From a virus, in IMG/VR virus record IMGVR_UViG_3300045988_167502: a stretch of 47,470 bases of DNA; one strand, given 5' to 3'. The position numbers and the translations under genes were made by a program. Under the pieces are notes generated by a model. The model was not told where the DNA came from. It saw nothing but the letters and a program-made list of their open reading frames with translations, and made no database searches. Below are positions 25,754 through 33,866 of this stretch, piece after piece. Position 1 is the stretch's first letter, and each line of letters opens with the position of its first letter.

Positions 25754-26146
25754 CTACGCACTTTTTTTAGTTAATAATTTATCACAAACTAAGGTAACGC
25801 TTTGAAAGTAGTCGCTGTCTTCGGGTAACAAGCCTACTAACATCTCAAAGAGTGCCATTACTTTATTGCTTTGGTTTAGCAAGTAGTTACGAGGCTCATC
25901 TTCATTAATACCGTCGTGAAGCGTTTCGAGGCTGTCTCTTAATACCTCTATTAGGTGCTTTAACTTGTAATCTAACAAGTCGTCAGCTGGTTTGATTGAC
26001 CTTAATAAGGTCGCAAACTTTTGGCTTTGCGCTGCGCTACTATTGTTCACGCTTTGCGCTTGTGTTGAAGGTTTGAACATAATTTGTAAAATTAACGGCG
26101 TGGGTAGGTGTTGTTCAAACCTTGCTTTTGCAAATTTGCTATACAT
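25754..26146 (-). CDS. hypothetical protein
   Basis: 130-aa ORF. Its 5' end carries two copies of a 12-bp repeat. Confidence 0.5.
   Translation of the reverse strand: MYSKFAKARFEQHLPTPLILQIMFKPSTQAQSVNNSSAAQSQKFATLLRSIKPADDLLDYKLKHLIEVLRDSLETLHDGINEDEPRNYLLNQSNKVMALFEMLVGLLPEDSDYFQSVTLVCDKLLTKKSA
26068..26079 (+). repeat. AAGGTTTGAACA copy 1
   Basis: Exact 12-mer, also at 26225..26236 and inverted at 26112..26123. Confidence 0.8.
26112..26123 (-). repeat. AAGGTTTGAACA copy 2 (inverted)
   Basis: The plus strand reads TGTTCAAACCTT. Confidence 0.8.
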
Positions 26147-26224
26147 TACTATATAGCTACACCTTCACGCCGTGAGATATGAAAATAATATATTTACTAA
26201 TATATTAAGGTATAATTACCTTAC

Positions 26225-26236
26225 AAGGTTTGAACA
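26225..26236 (+). repeat. AAGGTTTGAACA copy 3, adjacent to the -7 box
   Basis: Ends 3 nt before the -7 box at 26240..26247. Confidence 0.8.
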
Positions 26237-26239
26237 CTG

Positions 26240-26247
26240 CAAAGGTA
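26240..26247 (-). promoter_or_regulatory. -7 box (reverse complement TACCTTTG)
   Basis: Upstream of 25754..26146. Confidence 0.5.
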
Positions 26248-26298
26248 CGATAAATTTTTGAAAGTGCAAGTAATTTGCGTACTTTTTTTTGATTTTTT

Positions 26299-26613
26299 TT
26301 ACATAGGTAATAGATTGAACTTTTTAAAGCAACGGAACTCGTGGCTCTCGGTATCAAAGTATATTTGTACGGTGTCATTGCTTTTGCGGTTATGCTGGGT
26401 AGGAGGTATCAAATCGGGGCGTAATGTACCCCACGCTTCACGGGTTGAGCCGTCTACTTTTTGAAAATAAAAGCGTACTATCTGGGTGCTCATTTTGGAT
26501 TTGAGTTTGATATTTGCCCACGCTTTTTTGAGGCATTCACTGAATGATAGCCCCGTTTGGCGTGCAAACTGCCAAGCAAGGTAAAAGACTGTTTTTTTAT
26601 CGGTATTTTTCAT
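26299..26613 (-). CDS. DUF2693-like (SH3 beta-barrel) phage protein
   Basis: The pattern FYFQKVDGSTREAWGTL...IYFD...FRCF resembles DUF2693 (from memory). Confidence 0.4.
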   Translation of the reverse strand: MKNTDKKTVFYLAWQFARQTGLSFSECLKKAWANIKLKSKMSTQIVRFYFQKVDGSTREAWGTLRPDLIPPTQHNRKSNDTVQIYFDTESHEFRCFKKFNLLPM

Positions 26614-26680
26614 TTTGATATAGGTTTTAAGGTTATTACTAAGATTTTGAGCCTTTTTGCGCCTTGCTCAGGGCGTTTGA

Positions 26681-26992
26681 TTAAATACTTAGAATACTTA
26701 CATAATTGTTGTACTCTTTTTGCAAGAAAGAAAAGTATTTAATAAATTTCTTTTCATTCTCTTTTGTGAATGTACCTTCAATTTTAGGGCACTTAACATT
26801 AATTTTAAGAGCTGTAAGAAGGCAGTTTGTAAGGTTTTGTAACTTTTCATTTAGAACATTCATAGCCTCGTTGCTACCATATTCATAAACGCCCTCTTTT
26901 AGATTTTCAAGTACTTGTTCAATTGGTTTTACAAAGCCTATTTGTAAACCAAGATAAAGGTATAATTCTTCTTTTTTGTCTGTTGCATTCAT
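26681..26992 (-). CDS. hypothetical protein
   Basis: First ORF after the promoter at 27037..27044. Confidence 0.5.
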   Translation of the reverse strand: MNATDKKEELYLYLGLQIGFVKPIEQVLENLKEGVYEYGSNEAMNVLNEKLQNLTNCLLTALKINVKCPKIEGTFTKENEKKFIKYFSFLQKEYNNYVSILSI

Positions 26993-27036
26993 TTTTGATA
27001 TTGTTTTAAAGTGTTATTACTTATTGTTTGACGATG

Positions 27037-27044
27037 CAAAGGTA
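27037..27044 (-). promoter_or_regulatory. -7 box (reverse complement TACCTTTG)
   Basis: Overlaps the GTAATTAC palindrome at 27042..27049. Confidence 0.5.
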
Positions 27045-27104
27045 ATTACATTTATAATTACGTGCAAATATTTTGTGTTAAATTTTTGTTAAATGTAATT
27101 ACAT
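27042..27104. promoter_or_regulatory. three RTAATTACRT sites (27042..27051, 27054..27063, 27095..27104); candidate operators
   Basis: GTAATTAC is an 8-bp perfect palindrome. Its two perfect copies are 53 bp apart, between divergent -7 boxes. Confidence 0.4.
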
Positions 27105-27130
27105 AGGTTATTTTATTGGGTATTGCTTTG

Positions 27131-27138
27131 TATCTTTG
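27131..27138 (+). promoter_or_regulatory. -7 box TATCTTTG
   Basis: Upstream of the RHH gene. Confidence 0.5.
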
Positions 27139-27162
27139 CAACGGAATATAATGCTTAACATT

Positions 27163-27354
27163 ATGGCGCGTATAAAAGATAAAGTTTTTCAGATAAGAGC
27201 TTCAGAAACATTCTTGATGCTCCTCAAAGAATTAGCGGACAAAAAAGGAATGTCGCAAGCGAACCTTATTGAGTACCTCGTACGCAAGGAGGCGGATAGT
27301 ATGCAGATGAAAGAACAGTTTCAGCAGGAGGAGACAAAAGAGATTGAAAAATAA
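27163..27354 (+). CDS. ribbon-helix-helix (CopG/Arc/MetJ-like) DNA-binding protein
   Basis: A beta-strand KVFQIRASE followed by two helices. The track TTG start at 27136 lies inside the -7 box, so the ATG at 27163 (or 27151) is preferred. Confidence 0.6.
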   Translation: MARIKDKVFQIRASETFLMLLKELADKKGMSQANLIEYLVRKEADSMQMKEQFQQEETKEIEK

Positions 27355-27366
27355 AACAATTTTAAT

Positions 27367-28269
27367 ATGGAAAATAAACATAACATATCTCACGAAGGTA
27401 TTTTAAATTTAGGAGGTATTTCTATACCTTGCTATGTACTTCAAGACGGTACAAGGGTATTGTCAGGGCGTGGTATGCAAGAAGCTTTAAAAATGGTAGA
27501 TGAGTCGGAAGATGGTAAGCAAACAGCAGGGACACGATTAAACAGATATTTGAATCAAAAAAGCCTTAATCCTTTCATTTACAAGGGTAAGGAGCCGGAC
27601 CACTTTAATCCTATAATTTGCTATAAGGGTACTCAAAAAATCAATGGATATGAGGCTACTATTTTAGCGGATATATGTGAGGCTTTTCTTGAAGCTCGTA
27701 ACTATATAGAGCTTTCTACACGACAAAGAGTTATAGCTGACCAATGTGAAATTCTTATTAGAGGTTTTGCAAGGGTAGGGATTACTGCTCTTGTTGATGA
27801 GGCTACAGGTTATCAGTATGAAAGGGAACGGGATGCTTTGCAATCTATCTTAAAAGCATATATAAATGAGGAGCTTCTAAAATGGCAAAAGTTATTTCCT
27901 GATATTTTTTATTATGAAATATTCCGATTAAATAATTGGGATTATACTGTAAAAGGGATTCAAAAGCGTCCAGGTGTAATAGGAAAATGGACAAATGAGC
28001 TTATATACAAACAGTTGCCAAAAGGTGTATTAGAAGAGTTGAAAAATAGGACTCCTAAAAGTTCAGAGGGTAATTATACAGCTCGTTTCTTTCAAAGTTT
28101 AACACCTGATATAGGGCACCCTGCTTTGACTGCACAAATTTATAAGGTAATTGGTTTGATGAATATTTCTAAAAATTGGAGTGAATTCAAAAGCAATTTC
28201 AATAAAATGGTCAATAGAAATAATGGTCAAACTGAAATAGACTTTGATAGTGTAGAAGAGGATTTATAA
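27367..28269 (+). CDS. P63C-domain-like phage protein
   Basis: HEGILNLGGISIPCYVLQDGTRVLSGRGMQEAL resembles P63C-family proteins (from memory, not searched). Confidence 0.5.
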   Translation: MENKHNISHEGILNLGGISIPCYVLQDGTRVLSGRGMQEALKMVDESEDGKQTAGTRLNRYLNQKSLNPFIYKGKEPDHFNPIICYKGTQKINGYEATILADICEAFLEARNYIELSTRQRVIADQCEILIRGFARVGITALVDEATGYQYERERDALQSILKAYINEELLKWQKLFPDIFYYEIFRLNNWDYTVKGIQKRPGVIGKWTNELIYKQLPKGVLEELKNRTPKSSEGNYTARFFQSLTPDIGHPALTAQIYKVIGLMNISKNWSEFKSNFNKMVNRNNGQTEIDFDSVEEDL

Positions 28270-28280
28270 AGTCATTTAGT

Positions 28281-28317
28281 AAAAACTACCGCCTCCAACA
28301 TTCGTTAGAGGCGGTAG
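28281..28317. terminator. hairpin CTACCGCCTC/GAGGCGGTAG preceded by an A5 run
   Basis: 10-bp stem between convergent genes. The U-tract is on the minus-strand side only. Confidence 0.6.
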
Positions 28318-28351
28318 CAAAACCAAATGAAGAAATTATTAATGAAAGAGA

Positions 28352-28612
28352 CTATTGGCAACGATGAATAAGGTCAGCTTCTATTTGTTTGAACACGTAA
28401 CTATATCCTATAGTTTTGCTCAATATTGCGTGCTGTTTGAGGTAATAAGATATATTAGAAAGGGGAATTTGTAAATATTCTGCTATCTTGGATTGAGAGG
28501 CGTTATCGTGCTTTCTTGCCAATCCGCAAAATATTTTTTTATTATCAAGGCTACCCTTCAAAGGTTCTCCTGTCACAGCTTCAATAGATTGTTGAATTTC
28601 TTTTAAAATCAT
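28352..28612 (-). CDS. small HTH protein
   Basis: SQSKIAEYLQIPLSNISYYLKQ is helix-turn-helix-like. Confidence 0.45.
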   Translation of the reverse strand: MILKEIQQSIEAVTGEPLKGSLDNKKIFCGLARKHDNASQSKIAEYLQIPLSNISYYLKQHAILSKTIGYSYVFKQIEADLIHRCQ

Positions 28613-28637
28613 AGTATTATAAATTAGGGGTTATACA

Positions 28638-29021
28638 TTATCTTCTTCCTTTAAAGCCCTCAATCTTTGGGGCAAAATAGTCGTGTATGCTGATGAAATC
28701 TTCTATTACTTTCTGAAACTCCTCAAAGGTATAGCACACGGCGTAGGTATGCCCTAATGTGGTTACTTTCTTCTGAAACTCTTTTTGGTTGTCGGTTTGT
28801 CGGTTACCTTTTACTTTCATCTCGATATATAGGCTCTTCCCTTGTGGGAGTAGAACTACCAAGTCAGCCACCCCTGCTAATACCCCCTCTGCTTTAAGCC
28901 GTTGTGCTTCACGCACGTTGCGACTTCCACCATTAGGAACTGCATAGATTACAAGGTGCGGATATTGGTATCTGAACCAACGCACACAGGAGGATTGAAG
29001 TGTACTTTCTTGGAGTTTCAT
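28638..29021 (-). CDS. VRR-NUC domain nuclease
   Basis: PD-(D/E)XK signature GVADLVV...LYIEMKV. Confidence 0.75.
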   Translation of the reverse strand: MKLQESTLQSSCVRWFRYQYPHLVIYAVPNGGSRNVREAQRLKAEGVLAGVADLVVLLPQGKSLYIEMKVKGNRQTDNQKEFQKKVTTLGHTYAVCYTFEEFQKVIEDFISIHDYFAPKIEGFKGRR

Positions 29022-29044
29022 TTTTTATGTTTAAATCTATGCTG

Positions 29045-29052
29045 CAAAGGTA
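29045..29052 (-). promoter_or_regulatory. -7 box (reverse complement TACCTTTG)
   Basis: 24 nt upstream of the start at 29021. Confidence 0.5.
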
Positions 29053-29114
29053 CAAAACATATTAAATAATTCCTAATATTTTTTGTTGTAACTTTTTGTT
29101 AATCAAAGTTTTGC

Positions 29115-29132
29115 AACGTTAAAAGTAACGTT
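29115..29132. promoter_or_regulatory. palindromic operator candidate AACGTTA-AAAG-TAACGTT
   Basis: Perfect 7-bp inverted repeat with a 4-bp spacer. The flank TTTTGCAACGTTAA is shared with 44444..44461. Confidence 0.5.
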
Positions 29133-29180
29133 ATGTTTTGATGTTTGTTAAAGTCAAAGTGCTGAATATCAAAACGCCCA

Positions 29181-29211
29181 AAAACAAAAAAGACGAGCAA
29201 AAGCCCGTCTT
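29181..29211 (-). terminator. rho-independent terminator after 29237..29437
   Basis: AGACGAGC/GCCCGTCT stem with one mismatch. The A-run on the plus strand gives a U-tract on the minus strand. Confidence 0.55.
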
Positions 29212-29236
29212 ATTGGTGAAAAATATTTTGTTATAT

Positions 29237-29437
29237 TTATAACATTTCTATTTTTCTGAGTTTTTCGAGGTAGAAATCACGAATCCGTTGGTAATCTTCC
29301 TCAGTGAACTTGTTATCTCTTAATCGTAGTCGCTTGTGCGTCGCCGTTGATACACTCTTCTGTATCGCACGTGCTACCTTGCTATCGGATATCTCCAATT
29401 GCTGAATGATGTATATTACTTTGTCGTGCGGTGTCAT
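29237..29437 (-). CDS. hypothetical small protein
   Basis: 66-aa ORF in the operon. Confidence 0.45.
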   Translation of the reverse strand: MTPHDKVIYIIQQLEISDSKVARAIQKSVSTATHKRLRLRDNKFTEEDYQRIRDFYLEKLRKIEML

Positions 29438-29439
29438 AA

Positions 29440-29784
29440 TTATCCTTGTGTTATCATATTAGTATTATACCATTCCCACGCTTCATCTAAGAATTGTGTT
29501 TCGGATATTTTGGGGGCTAATTCCCCTCCTGTTATCTTTACGTTATTCTGAATTATTATGAGTTTAAACTTCTCATATTCATTGAATACATATAACTTCT
29601 GAGGCTTATCCTTTAATTTTCTGTTAAGAACTATCTGCTGTGTGCGCTCTCTAATTACCAATATCAGAGATAAGTAGAGAGGTGAGTAGATGAAGTGAAA
29701 GTTATTAGGCAAATGCTCAGGCTCGGGCTGTAATGCCAATAAGAATTTTGGCATTTTGAATTCAAAAAGTTTGTTATTGTCCAT
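29440..29784 (-). CDS. hypothetical protein
   Basis: 114-aa ORF in the operon. Confidence 0.5.
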   Translation of the reverse strand: MDNNKLFEFKMPKFLLALQPEPEHLPNNFHFIYSPLYLSLILVIRERTQQIVLNRKLKDKPQKLYVFNEYEKFKLIIIQNNVKITGGELAPKISETQFLDEAWEWYNTNMITQG

Positions 29785-29886
29785 ATTATTTTGTATTTTT
29801 GCCCCTCATTTCTAAGGATTTTTAAATCGTTAGACTTGTTTTAATTTTACAAGTAAGCCCCTAATGTAGTGTTAGGGGCTTTTAAT

Positions 29887-30459
29887 TTATCTAATAAAGC
29901 GATACTTAGGCAATAAATTGCGACTGCCCCCTACTTTGAATTTACTAACCATTTCGCCATAATAGTTAATAGGTTCATCAAGGCTAATTGTGGTAACATT
30001 GCGCCCATTGTAATCGTATTGGTGCGCACTGTAACCTACTGACATATTTGGTAATCGCCATACCCCCCAATTCATAGAGTTAAGATAATACAATATTCTT
30101 CTGATATTATCTATATTAGCCTCGAATACTTTACCTTCTTTTATTTCATTTTCGAGAATGCGAAAGTCAGCTTCTAAATCTTGCTCTTCTTTCTCATTCT
30201 GAATTTTCTTTGCTTCGTTTTTTCTCTTGCAGAAATTGCAGAATTTAGTGTACGCTTCATTCAAATTTTCGTTGGTAATTTCACCATCTACATCAATGAA
30301 TGTTACAAAGTATGGTTTTTCGGTGAAATTTTGTTCCTCTACCTTTTCATAAGGCACTTCATTAACTTGTGGGTAACCTTGCTCTTTCTTTTTGAAAGTA
30401 ACATTACCTGCTACAATATAGGTGTAGCGCTTTGTGGTGTAAAATTCTAATTTCATCAT
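29887..30459 (-). CDS. hypothetical protein
   Basis: 190-aa ORF. Confidence 0.5.
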   Translation of the reverse strand: MMKLEFYTTKRYTYIVAGNVTFKKKEQGYPQVNEVPYEKVEEQNFTEKPYFVTFIDVDGEITNENLNEAYTKFCNFCKRKNEAKKIQNEKEEQDLEADFRILENEIKEGKVFEANIDNIRRILYYLNSMNWGVWRLPNMSVGYSAHQYDYNGRNVTTISLDEPINYYGEMVSKFKVGGSRNLLPKYRFIR

Positions 30460-30483
30460 TCTAAATGTTTTAAATGTTAATGC

Positions 30484-30981
30484 TTATTTTAAATTTACAA
30501 ATTCGGTTGCACTCTCTAAGGTGAATTTTTTAGAATAAAATTCTTTTGAGTATTTTTTGTTTTTCTTTACGAAAGCGTAATAATCTTTCAAAAGTTTTTT
30601 GCTTGATTTCACAAAGTTTAATACTTCTTGGCTTGCTTCTTTGTTAGCGTTCAATTTTGCTTTACTTGCTGCTGCTTTGGCTTCTGCTCTTCTTTCTTCA
30701 TCTTCTAATTCTGCTTGTAACTTAGCAACGTATTCAGCATTCTTCTGTAATTCGTAAGCAATTACCCACATTTGTTTTTCACTGAAAAAATCTTTTAAAT
30801 TTTCAGAAATAATCTTGTAAGCTAATGATGATGTAGGTAAGAATGCCATTAATTTACTTCTGAAAGAATTAGCAACTTGGCGATTATTTTCTTCTACAAA
30901 ACTACCAATAGAGCTGACAGTTGATACACTTGGGTTGATGTAAGATACTTGGTTGTAGATGTCTTTAACTGTAACTTTCAT
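30484..30981 (-). CDS. hypothetical protein (start moved to the ATG at 30981)
   Basis: The -7 box at 31033..31040 lies inside the track ORF extension. Confidence 0.5.
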   Translation of the reverse strand: MKVTVKDIYNQVSYINPSVSTVSSIGSFVEENNRQVANSFRSKLMAFLPTSSLAYKIISENLKDFFSEKQMWVIAYELQKNAEYVAKLQAELEDEERRAEAKAAASKAKLNANKEASQEVLNFVKSSKKLLKDYYAFVKKNKKYSKEFYSKKFTLESATEFVNLK

Positions 30982-31032
30982 TTTCTTTGAGTTTTTAATG
31001 TTAATAATTGTTCTTATTTTAATTTTACGGTA

Positions 31033-31040
31033 CAAAGATA
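31033..31040 (-). promoter_or_regulatory. -7 box (reverse complement TATCTTTG)
   Basis: The context TTTTACGGTACAAAGATAC is nearly identical to 44465..44483. Confidence 0.5.
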
Positions 31041-31160
31041 CGGCAACGTTTTTAATTGCGCAAGTTTTTTGCATATTTTTTTTCATTTTATTTTGTTATA
31101 TCTGTAACAAAAGTATATAACTGTTATATAATCAGCGTTTTACGTATAATATTTTTTTGC

Positions 31161-31200
31161 AAAAAAAAGAGGCAAAGAATGAAAAAATGTCTTTGCCTCT
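31161..31200 (-). terminator. rho-independent terminator after 31208..31453
   Basis: AGAGGCAAAGA/TCTTTGCCTCT 11-bp stem. An A8 run on the plus strand gives the U-tract. Confidence 0.7.
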
Positions 31201-31207
31201 CGAAAAA

Positions 31208-31453
31208 TTACAGGAATTCCTCCCAATTAATCTTTGGAATCGTAACTCTACAAGTAAAGGTGGGTTTTCTTTCAATTAGTCTTGTATAATTTGCTAATGA
31301 TATCAGAGGCTCATCTTCACTTAAAGAAATTAGGAATGCCTTTAAGGCTTTTCCTTGCTCTTCTGATAATAGCAAGGGAGAAAAAGTATTATCTTCTTCC
31401 TTCTTGCACAGAATGAGAGAGCCTTCTTTTAATTCGCTTAACTTTGTAATCAT
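31208..31453 (-). CDS. hypothetical protein
   Basis: 81-aa ORF with a 4-nt overlap with the upstream gene. Confidence 0.5.
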   Translation of the reverse strand: MITKLSELKEGSLILCKKEEDNTFSPLLLSEEQGKALKAFLISLSEDEPLISLANYTRLIERKPTFTCRVTIPKINWEEFL

Positions 31454-31920
31454 TTTAATCTATCTTTATTTTCTTTGAATATTTTTATCAATTCTTCTAC
31501 GCACGCCTCACGAGCTTCTTCGTAAGTATCGCGATTACCGCACCCTTTATCCCAGTTGCAATTATCTATGATGTGGAAAGAGTAGGTAACAGGACATATA
31601 AGGTAGCGAATAGAGCAATGCAATCCACGCTCTCTGAACCAAGAAAAAACTTGTTCCCAAGTGGGGAGTGAGCAAGCGTAAGAATAGTGTTTCCCTACTT
31701 CAAGGATGTCTTTTCCCATTTCAGAATTCGTTCTTTGACTGCAAATTGAGAGTTCTGCATAATAGTAGCAATAATCATCACCCTCAAATGAGATGAATAT
31801 CATTTCTTCGTCAAAAACTTCGTGGTAAACAAACAAACAAGGTTCATCAAAGCCTATTTCTTTGAGTTCTTTGGCTATATCTAAGGGGACAAGCCAAGTG
31901 GGGTAATTCAATTTATTCAT
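31450..31920 (-). CDS. hypothetical protein
   Basis: 156-aa Cys-rich ORF. Confidence 0.5.
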   Translation of the reverse strand: MNKLNYPTWLVPLDIAKELKEIGFDEPCLFVYHEVFDEEMIFISFEGDDYCYYYAELSICSQRTNSEMGKDILEVGKHYSYACSLPTWEQVFSWFRERGLHCSIRYLICPVTYSFHIIDNCNWDKGCGNRDTYEEAREACVEELIKIFKENKDRLK

Positions 31921-31924
31921 TTTA

Positions 31925-32161
31925 TCAGGCTTCTAAAATTTCAATTTCATATTCAAGATCTTCACTATCCTCTTCTTCAACATGGTTAATTAACCATTGT
32001 TCTAATTTCGGATATTGTAATGGTCTCCATAGACAAATTCTTTCTCTTCTATCATATGCTTGCTCCATTTGTTTAGCAATTTCTTCTGGTATTTCTACCT
32101 CTGAAAGGTCTACAGAGTATGTAACCTTTATTGATAATTCTTTAAAAGTTTTTGTTCTCAT
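31925..32161 (-). CDS. hypothetical acidic protein
   Basis: 78-aa ORF. Confidence 0.45.
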   Translation of the reverse strand: MRTKTFKELSIKVTYSVDLSEVEIPEEIAKQMEQAYDRRERICLWRPLQYPKLEQWLINHVEEEDSEDLEYEIEILEA

Positions 32162-32451
32162 TTGTCGATATTTTTAGTGTTAATAATCTTACCTAAATAT
32201 AGCACGAAGTACTTTTTATTGGCTTCTGCGCCCCATTCGGGTTTGCCTGTACCAAAACGTATTGCTTTTAATTCTATGGTGAGGCTTGGAGCATCACGAG
32301 CATAGCCATTGCGAAAGCAGATGTAATGGTACCTTTTTGAGTAAAACCGCTTTGTCCAATAGGGTTTGATTTCTCGATACTCTTCTGTTTTTATTCCTGA
32401 TAGTATCATATCAAACCATTGCTTTTTTAGTGTTAAATGTAAAGTATTCAT
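32158..32451 (-). CDS. ASCH/PUA-like domain protein (paralog of 24470..24826)
   Basis: LSGIKTEEYREIKP and LGKIINTKNI are shared with the 118-aa ORF. Confidence 0.5.
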   Translation of the reverse strand: MNTLHLTLKKQWFDMILSGIKTEEYREIKPYWTKRFYSKRYHYICFRNGYARDAPSLTIELKAIRFGTGKPEWGAEANKKYFVLYLGKIINTKNIDK

Positions 32452-32455
32452 TATA

Positions 32456-32767
32456 TCACTTCTTTTTAGTTATTAATTCTTCTCTCATTCCCATACAATA
32501 GGAGCGGTAATTGATGTTGGACTCTTTCATTAGTACATAATCGTACCATTGCAGTATCTTGCCCTTCGGCTTATCGTTCTTCATATCAAAGTAGATGTCC
32601 TCGATGTTAAAGAAATAATCCGATAAGCATATAATTCCTATACCTACATCGTAATTGTCGAATTCAAATTGTAGTTCTTGCTTGTCGCAAAATTCCTTGA
32701 TAAGGTTACGTGCAGCGTACTCGAATAATTCTACTGCTTCTCGTTCTTTTGGTGATTGTTTTTTCAT
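32456..32767 (-). CDS. hypothetical protein
   Basis: 103-aa ORF. Confidence 0.5.
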   Translation of the reverse strand: MKKQSPKEREAVELFEYAARNLIKEFCDKQELQFEFDNYDVGIGIICLSDYFFNIEDIYFDMKNDKPKGKILQWYDYVLMKESNINYRSYCMGMREELITKKK

Positions 32768-32964
32768 TGTTTTGTTATTTTTTCTAAATTGGACACAGTT
32801 ACTGGAGTAGTGTATTTACCAACCCTTACTCTATATGTACAGTTTTCGTAAATCATATTAACGCTATCAACGCTAATAATAACACCTTCTATATTCTTAG
32901 AGATTATTCTTACTTTGTCGCCTTCTTTAAAGCGAACTTCTTTTCTTTTTTTTGTTTTTTTCAT
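32764..32964 (-). CDS. hypothetical small protein
   Basis: 66-aa ORF with 4-nt overlaps on both sides. Confidence 0.45.
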   Translation of the reverse strand: MKKTKKRKEVRFKEGDKVRIISKNIEGVIISVDSVNMIYENCTYRVRVGKYTTPVTVSNLEKITKQ

Positions 32965-33854
32965 TGTTCTGTAAATTTTATTTTTTTTGCTATTAATTCT
33001 ACTATATCCACTGTTACGGCATTACCAATGAGCTTGTAGCGTTGTGTCTTAGCAATAGACTTTACCGTGCCGTCATAGTCGCCGTATTGTGTATAGTTAT
33101 CTGGAAAACCTTGCAAGCGTTCACATTCAATTTCCGTAAGACGGCGTACGCCATTCTTTCTAATCACAGGCATACCACTGCCGTCTTCCCTTGCTCTTGC
33201 CTGGATAGTAGGGGCAATATTGCTTTTTACTTCTCTAAATCCCTTACCGTCGTTGTGAGTGCGATATGTGCCTACTTGTATGTGGGTGTCATTCGGTGTA
33301 TTTAATCTTCCTTTGATGTCATTTTCTGTGATAGGAAATACTCCGCACTCACTTCTTCCTGCAAGATGTCCGATAAGGTATATTCGCTCTCGATTTTGGG
33401 GTAGTAGCCAGCTTGTATTAAGCAATTGCCATTCAAGTCGATAACCCCCAATTTTGGCAAACGCTTGGAGAATTGCCCAAAAGTCTGCACGAGCATTTGA
33501 GGAGAATGCTCCTTTAACATTTTCCCAGATAAAAACACTTGGTCTGATGTCAGCAATGAGGGCAATTGCGTACGTGATAAGGCTACTTTTGCTTCCTTTA
33601 AGCCCTGCGCGCTTTCCAGCAAGGCTGAAATCTTGGCAAGGCGAACCGAAAGTGATAATGTCTGCTCCTGCAATGTCTGCGGGCTGAATAGTTGTAATAT
33701 CTCCGATGTGTTTTGCATTTGGAAAATTGTTTTTATAGTTTGCGATTGCGTGTTTATCTATTTCGCTGAAATAATGCTCTGTAAAGTGGTAGCCAGCCCG
33801 CTGAAATCCGAGCGAAAAACCACCAATACCGCTGAATAGGTCTATGATTTTCAT
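32961..33854 (-). CDS. dcm: DNA (cytosine-5)-methyltransferase
   Basis: Motifs FSGIGG (I), GSPCQDFS (IV), ENV (VI), QNRERIYLIG (VIII) and GNAVTV (X). Confidence 0.9.
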   Translation of the reverse strand: MKIIDLFSGIGGFSLGFQRAGYHFTEHYFSEIDKHAIANYKNNFPNAKHIGDITTIQPADIAGADIITFGSPCQDFSLAGKRAGLKGSKSSLITYAIALIADIRPSVFIWENVKGAFSSNARADFWAILQAFAKIGGYRLEWQLLNTSWLLPQNRERIYLIGHLAGRSECGVFPITENDIKGRLNTPNDTHIQVGTYRTHNDGKGFREVKSNIAPTIQARAREDGSGMPVIRKNGVRRLTEIECERLQGFPDNYTQYGDYDGTVKSIAKTQRYKLIGNAVTVDIVELIAKKIKFTEQ

Positions 33855-33866
33855 TGTTTCAAATCT

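Noticed and set aside
33042-33839. Plus-strand ORFs and a 138-aa minus-strand ORF (33302..33718) overlapping the Dcm gene.
   Set aside because: The Dcm frame carries all canonical C5-MTase motifs. The alternatives are frame shadows without motifs.
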